NCBI GenBank assembly: GCA_024137785.1 | Contig: JAHRHZ010000283.1 | Coordinates: forward strand, 38,041,739-38,105,738 | DNA: 64,000 bases | DNA from: Ginglymostoma cirratum | Taxonomy: Eukaryota | Direction of reading: 5' to 3' | Shown: positions 13,070 through 24,400 of the stretch, piece by piece | How positions within the stretch are numbered: the first letter of the stretch is position 1 | How the letters are laid out: every line of letters begins with the position of its first letter | Notes under the pieces: generated by a model | The model's database searches: none | What the model saw: only the letters and a program-made list of their open reading frames with translations | What the model was told of the DNA's origin: nothing | Made by a program: the position numbers and the translations under genes

Positions 13070-14122
13070 GAAGGTGTGCTCACCCTTGCTAAACCTCGTC
13101 TCCTGAAAGTAAGATGCCAGGCTCAAATCAGGTGCCGCCACTTTTATTTTAAAGTCAAGTAAGACATTTTCATTGTTGTTGTGATGCAGGGGATTTATGG
13201 AGTATTTCTTGGAGAAGTGATCAGGTGACAATATATGACTTCCGCGGGTAAACAATGTTAGACCAAAGGCAAAGTGCAAAGTTGGCCAATCAACGGAGGA
13301 ATCTGTCCCCAGTTTCTTTAAACCCAGGCACCAAACTCTTTATTCAGTAATGTTGGATTTTTTTAAAATATTCAGGTGCAATACAATTGGGCACAAATAG
13401 TTTTGATTTCCCGGCGACTTTTCCCCCCCGATTGAGAATTAATTACTTGTTGGCTTTGTCTCGTTCACGTCGAGCAAACTACCAGAAAGCTAGATATTCT
13501 GTACCGCGAAACCTCGCCTAGTCGATAAAAAGACGTTGTGCTGCATCGCACTAAATGTTGCCTTCCAATTCAAACAGGTGTATTCTCAGCTCAGAAGCAG
13601 TCTCTGTTCCCCATTGTAAAACGCGTAAAATAAAACGAAAAACTTCGCTAGCGTCCGGTTGCAAATTCTACACAGGAACCTTTTTTTTAACATTGAGCCT
13701 TTGTTTTTCTCTGTCCATAAAGTCTTTGTTATCGGTAGTTTGTCGATTTTCTCCCTCCCGGGCCAGCAACTCATTGTCTCTGCAAATGGTCCACAATCAA
13801 GTTTTGTTTGAGCCAATTAGCGTGATAACAGATTGGTGCTAACGAATGGATCTATGCAAATTGCATCTCCAACAATGCGCTGTGTGCATTTCAAGCATTG
13901 GGGTTTTGTTATGTGGAAGGCGTACTTTAAGAATGGGTGTAGCACGTTTTTTGGGACATATTTATCTGGTCACCATCCCTGGGTCCAAAAGACAGCTGGG
14001 GGTCCCCGGATGCTTTAAAGAGACAGGCTGGGATCTGTTGAGAAATCAGATACTTTCCAGTGACCGTTGATACAACATCTCCTCTAGATCCCTCCACTCA
14101 TCATCCTTTTCTCTTACTCTGA

Positions 14123-14440
<318 letters not shown>

Positions 14441-14744
14441 TAGGGATTATTTCAGTGTGTTTATTGCTTTTAAATGGGAATTATCAATAGAATTCAGGGC
14501 GACAGAGATGACCTCATTCCAGCCTCTTAACCCGCACCCAAGGTTTGTGTGTGTGTATTGTGTGTCTGTGTGTGAGAGGGAAAGAAACTTTTCTGGTTCG
14601 GAACCGCGCCTAGCTGACTGGTCCCGCCTGATGTGACTCTCGGGTTTAGTTTTCGACTCGTTTCGACGCCAAATGCGGGGTGAAAGTTTGCGCCCTTCTT
14701 TGCGTTTACAATGAAATTCCCGATGTGTTGACCGATCGGCTTGA

Positions 14745-15017
<273 letters not shown>

Positions 15018-15569
15018 TGAGACGGCAGGATGTTTGAGGGAGAGGGTGGGAGAGACAGCGCCGGGAAATTAGTTCATGGCCCGCAGCGAGCCCAGGGGCC
15101 CGGCTCTGTGTTTCTCTGAATGGGATTGAGAGCGAAAAGCCGTAAATTCTTTGAGATTATTTCCAAACAAAGAGTGGATTTAAGACCTGTCAGGTCAAAC
15201 ATGTTACTTCCCTGTAAAGTTTTATACGAACAGAACACACTTTGCTGTTTTCTGGTTACTAAAGGAAAACTGAAGAGAGGCCCGAACTAGTTCCTTATGA
15301 TTATTTCCTTACCGAGAGCGGTCTAGATAATGTTGACGCGCAAAAAGGTTTTTAAATTGAGGGTACCGGTTAGTTCAGTGCTGGGTGTCTAAGATACGAG
15401 TTTCACGAAATAAAACAAATATGATATTACATTAAAATGATAAAAATGATTTGCATCAGCCTTGCTAACAGAGAGCAGCCGCTACACTGCACTATTTCAG
15501 GTTTGGCTTTTTTTTGTTAAGAGTTGAACTGATTTTCCCCTGTGTGTTGGTGTTTTTTTTTAAAAAAAG

Positions 15570-16193
15570 GTTTGGTTCAAAAACCGTCGAGCAAAATGCC
15601 GCCAGCAGCAGCAACAGCAGCAGAATGGAGGGCAGCACAAAGTCCGACCCAGCAAGAAGAAGAGCTCACCAGCCCGGGAGCCGAGCTCGGAGAGCGGAGC
15701 GAGCGGTCAATTCACACCACCCTCCAGCACCTCGGTGACGGTCATATCGAGCAGCAGCGCCCCGGTGTCGATTTGGAGCCCGGCGTCCATTTCTCCGATC
15801 GCCCCCGATTGCCTGTCCACGTCCTCGTCCTGCATGCAGCGCTCCTACCCCATGAACTACACCCAGGCCTCGGGTTACACGCAGGGATACGCCGGATCCA
15901 CGTCCTATTTCGGGGGAATGGACTGCAGCTCGTACCTGTCCCCGATGCATCACCAACTCCCCGCCCCAGGGACGGCGCTCAGTCCCATGGGCACTAATGC
16001 AGTCAGTGCAGGCCACCTCAATCAGTCCCCGGCCTCCCTCTCTGCCCAGGGCTATCCAGCCGGCGGATTAGGTTTTAATTCCACCGATTGCTTGGATTAT
16101 AAAGACCAAACAGCTTCATGGAAACTCAACTTTAATACTGACTGCTTGGATTACAAAGATCAAACGTCTTCGTGGAAGTTCCAAGTTTTGTGA
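15570..16193 (+). CDS. otx2: Otx2 coding exon 3 ([18 protein letters not shown]...SIWSPA...[35 protein letters not shown])
   Basis: K50 recognition helix VWFKNRRAK, poly-Q, WSP motif and two OTX-tail repeats. Spliced CDS is 97+152+624 = 873 nt = 290 aa plus stop. The absence of an Otx1-type His/Ala-rich insert and the double tail support Otx2. Confidence 0.98.
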   Translation, partial: VWFKNRRAKCRQQQQQQQNGGQHKVRPSKKKSSPAREPSSESGASGQFTPPSSTSVTVISSSSAPVSIWSPASISPIAPDCLSTSSSCMQRSYPMNYTQASGYTQGYAGSTSYFGGMDCSSYLSPMHHQLPAPGTALSPMGTNAVSAGHLNQSPASLSAQGYPAGGLGFNSTDCLDYKDQTASWKLNFNTDCLDYKDQTSSWKFQVL

Positions 16194-17790
16194 AGTGCTG
16201 GGACTCTCTTTGAAATTGGACAAATCATTCCAATGTTAAACCTTTGGAATGAAGAGCACAGGACTTACCTTATTCCAGTTCTTGTAGCCAACGATCCGGT
16301 TAAACTTTTGGAATGGACAGGACGATATTTGTAATCATTCCAAATTTAGCCATTTTTTAGTTGGCCTTTAAAAACAAAACAAAAGGACCATCAGGGCTGT
16401 GTGAATTGTGCGATTGGTGTCATAGATGCACTACTTTATTTAAAAAGAAAATGTTTATAAGGGTTCCATATGTAGTTCTGAGAGACAATCAATGTGTGTC
16501 TTATATCAGTGGTACATCTGTGTTTTTATTTGTGCTAGACTCAAAGCAAGTATGATCTGCTGTACTGTATGCAAGTGTGTGAACCCTTGTCGCTGTTGAA
16601 CTCGAGCGGTGGGGGAGGGGGTGGGCACGGTTCTGCTGTTGTTAAAATGGAGCTAAATTCTGTTGGAATAGGTACCCACCATTGTTTGAAATGAGCGCCT
16701 TCAAACATAAGCTGAACTGTGAAACTTCGTGACTCTGGCTGCATATTTCACACGGGCGCTAAAACTATTTGTCCTTATGAACCCAATAGCTTAAAAGATG
16801 GCTGGTTGTATTGACCCCACTGAGGGTCAGGTGCTCAGAAGTTGGTTCTTTTGTTTGCAGGTGTTAATAGAGTAATATATATGCATAAACATCAACCATC
16901 CTGGAGTCCACAGATACGGACGACTACTTTAACGTCATTATAGCACAATTTTGATTTGTCTTCCACGGCTAAATCTGAAACAATATTCAATAAAGTGGAA
17001 ATCCTGCAGCTCGATGGCACTTAGTGGGTGTGTACAAAACTGCACGACTTCGAGTCTGCCATTAGGGTCCATTAGTTTACCAAATAATGTCAGTTCAGGA
17101 ATTCCATTCCCTCCCTCCGCTTGCCCACCCTGCCCCCACCCCTTCATTCCCATCATAAGACATGAGGGTGAGAATGTGCTTTTATAGCTTGCAGCCAATC
17201 TGTTAGAGTGGCGAAAATTTGCACTGTACCACGTCTATTTTCATTTTGTTTTTCATTTTAGAGGCACAGATATAAGCTGTTATGTTTATAAGTTTTAAAA
17301 CGAGAAGAAAACAAATTCTTGTAGCAACTGATGCACAAAGGATGCCTGACTTAGAGTGTGTATACATATATCATATAATATATACATACTCCAACCTGCA
17401 ACTTCTGAAGCTAAACAAACGCTAGGCGCTTTACTTGTCTATTTTCCTTGAAAGTTCTGAAATTTTATCGATTTTTTTATGTACAGGATACTTTTGTATT
17501 TCTTCTTAGTGTAAAAATGACGAGGCTTGATCTGGATTCCAGTCTCTACGACCTATTTTCCTTTTTATTAGGTATTGTAAGTGTTTTCAATGTAAATGTA
17601 GGTAAGATATAAAATGATTCATAAATTGTGCTTTTTACACGTGAACTTTTGTCCATTTCAGATATTTATTGTCCAACTAATTCATATAAATATTCGGTTA
17701 TGTACAGTGCTTATTTTATGATAGATAAAAGGTCTTGTGAAATTTCGATCATTTCTTTATAATAAATATCACTTTTGCTGCTGAACTGGT
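16194..17790 (+). other. otx2: Probable Otx2 3'UTR with candidate polyadenylation signals
   Basis: AATAAA at 16989-16994 and 17761-17766; AU/U-rich terminal block at about 17450-17770. The true 3' end cannot be fixed from sequence alone. Confidence 0.55.
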
Positions 17791-20700
17791 TAATAGTAGC
17801 TGCCCAGCTCATGCATCTTCGTCCCACCCATTATGCTGTTACCCTCCTAATTTAGTGGCTGATTAAAGCGGATTTGGTATGAACCCGCGTACTATATTTC
17901 CTAACACGTATTGCAGAGACTTAAATTTATTCTTGAATTACATGATTGTGACAGCACATATCAAGTGCCTGAATGCGAACAATGTAATTGGATGGAAATG
18001 CAGAATCTGTTGCAAACACAACTGCAAACATTGGCGTGGTTCCTAAGAGCGCCTGAAAATCTCATCCACTATGACAGGACACCAAATATGCCGATTTTCT
18101 TCTTTTTAAATGATCATTTAATGCACAATCTCAACGTTTCAATTTCATTTCCAATTGCAAGAAGACTTGGAATTATGCAAATATTACTAATATCAAAAAT
18201 GTGGAGAGATGGTAAATGTATTCGAAGGAAAGGGTGTGCAGCTATTAGAATATTTCAGCTTTCACAGTACAGCCATTTTCACCCTGTTTTAAATTATTTT
18301 GTTTGGACTAAGACACCAAAAACCATTTGGCTCACTCACCTTTAAATGCATCACTCTCTAATCTCTCACATCAATGGGCAACCTTTCATTTCTGAGCACA
18401 GAAAGCTGCGTAATGGCTGCTTTATTCAATTGACTTTTCAACACATTAAACACGCGTTTAGGTAACACCCTTCGGACCTGAAGGGTATTGTTAATCATGA
18501 CCTTTTTACTCTCACACACTCTAAGGAAAGCATTCAAAGCGAATCGAACTGCTGACAATATTAATTAATTAAAGAACCCTTGTCTCAGACTCTTTCATCT
18601 ATTCTGACCTACAAAGAACTTTGTGTAAAAGCTCTGTTCAAACTCCAGACTATTTCACACAAAACGGATCTGTTCCTTTCTAACGTTGTGTCGTCATTTT
18701 TCGGAGAACAATAACTGCGAGATTAACTGTAATTTATAATTAACCAACGTGGAGACTGAACACCAGGAACAGGGAATAGAACACACTGTTCTTCATACAT
18801 CGGCAATAAATAAATAACCACTCCGTCATTTCAGAGATTTTGTTTTGTTTTCTTGCGATAGAACTTGTGAATCAGGAATTGTTTCCCTATCACCTGTAAT
18901 TTCAAGTTTAACTTTGCGATTGGTATATTTGTGGCTGACGTCACGGCTAAGGAAAGGGTGGACAATTATGGAAGGTTTCTTGAAAGGAATGGCTTAATGC
19001 TAGCTTTCGATTAACATCTATCAGTTTTTGACCTAGGCAATCGGTGGGCCACCAAAAAGGGCTTCTAATTAAACCCTTTAAACTGTAGAATCTGTTAACC
19101 CCAACTTCAGTGAGACGAGTGACAGCAAACTTGACCCCAGGCAAGTGGAACGCCCACTTACTTTGCAGTTAACAAGTATTTCCCATCCAAAAGACTTGTT
19201 TCGTTGGTAGTGGACAACATAATCGTGTAAACCTGGAGAATATTAGATCAGTGACAGACCGTTCTGTCCAGCAAGTCTACACTTTTAAAAAAATCAACTG
19301 TTCCATTTAGTCTAAAGCCGTTTTCTGTCACTTTCTTCTTTCGCGAGCAGTTATCTGTTTCCATATCAAAACACCGCGATTCTGCTACTGCAATCCATGT
19401 AACAGGAAACTTCAAATTCGCATTGTATTCAGTGGGAAGATATTTCTGTCCTCCCACCCCTCCAACACCACCACACCCCCGCCCCCGCCCCTGCCCCTCA
19501 GCACCCCAGCACACTCCGTTGTTCTGTGCATTTGACCAACTGGTTGTTTCAGTTGGTAAATAGCATTCCTGGGGCTCGCAGATATAGCTGTTTACAGTAC
19601 ATTGTCTGTGGTGTGTGCATGGCTGTTTGTCTTTGGGTTTCAAATATTTTACAGTATCATTTCAACTGAGCTTGATATCCGGTTTCTATTTATCTACAGC
19701 TGACTGCTCTGATAAAAACAACTTATTTATATAGAATCTTCAAAGCTGTAAAAACGTCACCAGAACATTACAATAGCTGTTGAAATTAGAATTCCGAAAG
19801 AATCCAATCTTTTCCCTTTAATCTCTACTTGTTCTTTGCATCAAGGCGATTTCGTTGCGGAATCAGTCCTTCTGGGAATCAATCGTGTTATAAATAATTG
19901 CTTCTTTGGAATTCAGAGAATTAGCATTTGCCCAATCTAAAGTTTATTGTGTTTCTTTTTTAATGTGTGTTGTACAGACAGCAGAGGCTTACAACTTCAA
20001 AACTGATGCATTCAGCGAAAAACAAATCGTGGACATCAGCTTCCATTCTACTGTGTCTCCTTAAAGGAAGCATAATGTCACACCATGTTAAATATTATTC
20101 TACATTTTCTGTGCATCAGTTTTAAACATTATCTTACATTATTGATCATTTTGGGGACAATGATGATATTGCCTATTCCTGTAACGATTTGGGAAGCAGA
20201 AGGCTTCTAGGCTACAGCGGAGGATTTTATTACACAGTGTTCTGGAACTGATCCAGGCGAGAAAGTCGGCAAGCTGCTGATCAGCTGCCTTAAAATCTCA
20301 AACTTCATCATAGACACAGGAGCAGAATTCCTGGAGACTCCCTTCATTTCCTCATATTGTTTCTCTTTTTATTCCTAGTGTATTTCACTGGAAATGAAGA
20401 TGGCCTTCTATCTCACACACCTGACTACATACCAAGGCTAAGCGATCAACATGTTCAAATTTAGACAATGATGATTGGGCCCCCAACCATCTTGTTTATA
20501 ATTCACATCCTCGTTACCGAAATCAAACCATTTAACCCAAACTGCATAGCCCATGTTTTGGATACAAGTTCATTCTTTGGCACGTTTCCGATACAGTTGT
20601 TGAACGGGTTGAACAAGTTGTTCAGTATAATTCAGGACAGTAAATTACTTTGGAATATTTTACCCGATAGCCAGGAAACGCGAAGAAATATTGGCCCCCA

Positions 20701-21150
20701 TGTTTGCGAAGCTGTTTAGTTTTGCACAATAATTTGCATTAACATTGTCGTTGTTTTGGAAGCCTTAACATGTCATTTTTTCCATTTTTGTAGCACGTGA
20801 TCAATTTTACTAGCATTTTACAGATAATACATCACCGCGATAAGCGACGGTGGAAAGTAATTTGATCAAGAGTCGGTGTGTTATCTTTAACCAGAGTGAA
20901 TAACGATCTCAGCTGTTCAAATGACACTAAGATTAACGTAGTGCATGATCCCTTCAAGAAAGTTAGCAACAAATCCAGCAAGAGGTGCCAGTGATACCAG
21001 ACATGACCCAAGACGCGATGTCTTTAAAGTAACAAAACTCATCGACAGACGTGGTAAGGCAGCTCAGTCCAACCTTGTGAACGTGTGATACATACCCGGA
21101 CCTTTGGACTAGATGAACTAGAACCTAATTAAATTCTTATTTAATTTAAC

Positions 21151-21452
21151 GGGGCGGCATGGCGGCTCAGTGATTAGCACTGATGCCTCACGGGGATACG
21201 GGCTCGATTCCACCCTTGGGTGTCTGTAGAGTTTGCACATTCTCCCCGTGTCTGCGTGGGTTTTGTGCGGGTGCTCCGGTTTCCTCCAACAGTGCAAATA
21301 TGTGTAGGCTAGGTGGATTGGCCATGCTAAATTGCCCATAGTGTTCAGGGATCTGGAGGCTAAGTGAATACAGGGATGGGGTGGGTCTGGGTGGGAGGGT
21401 CAGTGTGGACATTATGGACCGAATGGCCTGCTGCTAACACTGTAGAGATTAT
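21151..21452 (+). mobile_element. tRNA-derived SINE, HE1/V-SINE-like
   Basis: A-box-like ggcggctcagtgattagc, B-box-like ggctcgattcc, V-domain core gagtttgcacattctccccgtgtctgcgtggg...ctccggtttcctcc, and a CR1-like tail (gaatggcctg). Confidence 0.9.
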
Positions 21453-24400
21453 ATTAATATGGCGGCAATCCTGACCATTCCAAAAAATGCTAAATCACGG
21501 AATCTAACTCTAAATGTAGCTTCACTTCTCGGCTTGATCTGCAATAACACGTTGATTTTATCAATATTGGTGAGGTTAAATTTTGTCGTTGAATTCCAAA
21601 TGACCAGTCAGAAGAATTATTCGCTCAGAATTACAGTGTTATTGTAGCTCCTAGCTTCCTTTAACACACAAGGAAAAATCGATGAAAGCTCGTATTTCGC
21701 GTGCTGATATAACGTAAGCTCGTGTCATATACCAGCCGTTATTTCGGGCATGTTTATTTTGATACCTATAGATAATCTATCCATTTATATTAGGTGTTAT
21801 TGTTCGTCAACTGGGAATCCAGCGCAGCAGAGTTAGGACAGGAGCGGAATCAAAGCTGCAATTTCAAAGGTGTGTTCGCTCCTCCCAATCGTTCATTATC
21901 CGATCCAGAAAAAATGGCAGCACCAGTGGAGTGTTATGGATGAATGGACAGTCCGCTCACATTAACACCTGATACATTTGCGGAAAGGTTTAGATTCGGT
22001 CATCAGCATCTTTTCAGACACGATAAGCATCAGTTGTTCCTGTAAAACATATAGACGGTGAAAGTAACACGGACAAGCAAATTGCAGATTTAAATAGCAG
22101 AAAAAGCAAATTGACAGGAACGGGCAATCAAACTGTTCGATGCGCCCAAGCTCAAGTTTGAGAGTTAAAATCACGGTTGAATATGGCATATTTGTTAATT
22201 GCACCAAACATTGAAGTATACGGGCGGTGGGGGTGGGGGTGGGGGGGGGAGGTGGGCACTCAGTACACTTGGTTATCTTTTTATTATAACGCGTTTCGCA
22301 AACTGATGATATCTTTAACAACCAATCCCGCTTCTTTAATTTTACCTTTTCGCAATATTGAACGGGATCACTTCAGTTACATTGGTCAGAAATTAGCACA
22401 CGCAAAGAGCTGGGAAATCAACGCAAGGTTAGCGCTGTCATTTAAATAGGCGTCTCGGGGCACGTATAGGTGACTTAGTGCACAATACACTACAGAGGAG
22501 TGTCTGATCTCACACGCACACACGCATTGTTGTTTAATAAATACAAACATGCTCCAAACCTTATCTGTTGTGAGTAGTTAGGACTTCTGATGGTGACCTT
22601 TTTTAAGGATGTTTGTTCACACTCTGAACATTTCCAAAAAACAAAAGACTTTTCTTTCGGCTTTGTGAACCAGCAGCACTCTTATAGATGTTTTAATGAT
22701 TTGACTCAAATCGCAACTAAACGTCAAAACTTTAGGTCATAATCGAGAGCTTTTTTTTAATCAACAAACTGAAATTGGATCATGATGCTCATTGCGAATC
22801 TGGTTAGTGCTGCCAAAACTGTAAGGGACGAAGATGCAATTGGCAATAACTGAGTCCACTTCATATCACAAGCACTGGTCTCTCACTGTCCTGCTTGACA
22901 GGCATCGCCCGCTGTTCACTGTATCGATCCTCCACAAGTGGCTCCAGTACACTTAAAAAATTATAATTCAGCTATTTGGATCATTATTATTAGCGCAGAA
23001 CAGAATCCCAGTCACTAAAGCAAGGGGAAGAAAAGAAAATCTAGATGAACCACATGAATTTTGATGAACTGACAAACTCAAGTCATCGAACAAAACCCAC
23101 GGGCCTATAACGACGCGCAATCGATACACATTATATATTATTTCAATCGCGTAATAACTTACATGTGGTTAACTGAGTTTGTTAAGCACAATTATTTTTG
23201 ACTAAAAAAAGTCTAATTCGGGATTTGATGGTATCACCTGTAATCCTGAAATACAGCAACTGCAATGAAAGTGCTGCTGCCCGCTAATAGATTTATAACA
23301 TGGGCAAGGGTTGTTTTCTGCATTTTTTCAGTGTTCATGGTCGTGTCTCAAACGAATAACATTCAAGCGTTTAAGTGTTCAGTTTTCTGCTATATTCTCA
23401 CGCAGGACAAATCGCACATTTTTACCCTGAATGAATCCGTTAGTCTGAAACGTTGTTTAGCCGTCCGTTTAAAAGTCAATATGCCACATAATTCTTAGTA
23501 AGCAAGTGTCTTTATTTGTTTTGAGGTTTTGATATTTTTACGGATTGTTCAGATCCCAGTATTCTTTAATTTTCCATTTGTTCATGCAACCTAAATTGGT
23601 CATTTATCGAACAATGGTCATTAGATACACTTCAGAAACACATTCAGTCCGATCCGCTTCGTATTCTGAGTTGTCCATTCCGGCTTCCATCAGGGACCCT
23701 GTTTCCCGCGAACGCTCCGTTAACTTTGAAATTCCTGGTGTAGATCTTTGCCGCATTGCCCATTGCTTTAGCTGTAGGAATGAGCAGCTGATTCTTGTCA
23801 GATATCGTCTGGATCATGTTTTATTTTAAAATTCCAGAGTAAATTCAATGTACTTTATTCAGGATACATAATAGGAATTTGGCTTACACATGCATTGTTT
23901 TCCATAATAGTTTTTAAAATCATTAACGATTAAATTGCGCAGCAATAAAACATTTCGCAATGCATTTTACAAACTGAAGAAGGATACGAATGTTGTTTTC
24001 TGAGAGCAGAAAATACAGAACCTTAACGGAGTTTGCGGTTTAAAGGGGATTGGTAAGGACTGGGCGTTCCGATATTCAGGTTAAATCACGTCGTACCTTT
24101 AATATCCTCACAGGTCGTGAGCGATACAGAATATCCCACTTTTTTAACACGTATCCATTAAATAGCAAAAAAAAAATGGTTTTGCAAGAGTGAAATGTGT
24201 GTAATTATAACAAAAACTCCGAATTGTAACACATTGCAAACGATTAAACTGACACTATAATTGGTCACAATAAATTCAATAAAATTTTAGCATTTCCGCT
24301 TGAAAAAAAAATTCGATTTTAAATGAGCGACACCGCTTCTGTCTGTCCAAACCGTAACCTGGCGATTTAGGACGTCTTTCTAGATGCACCGCCAGGAACT

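Noticed and set aside
15514-16016. Alternative-frame and antisense ORFs (74, 151 and 116 aa) over exon 3
   Set aside because: Expected shadows of a GC-rich coding exon, with no independent start or splice support.
20970-20995. CTCF-like ccagcaagaggtgcca (and similarly 7941-7957)
   Set aside because: Does not fit the core CCASYAGRKGGC spacing on manual alignment.
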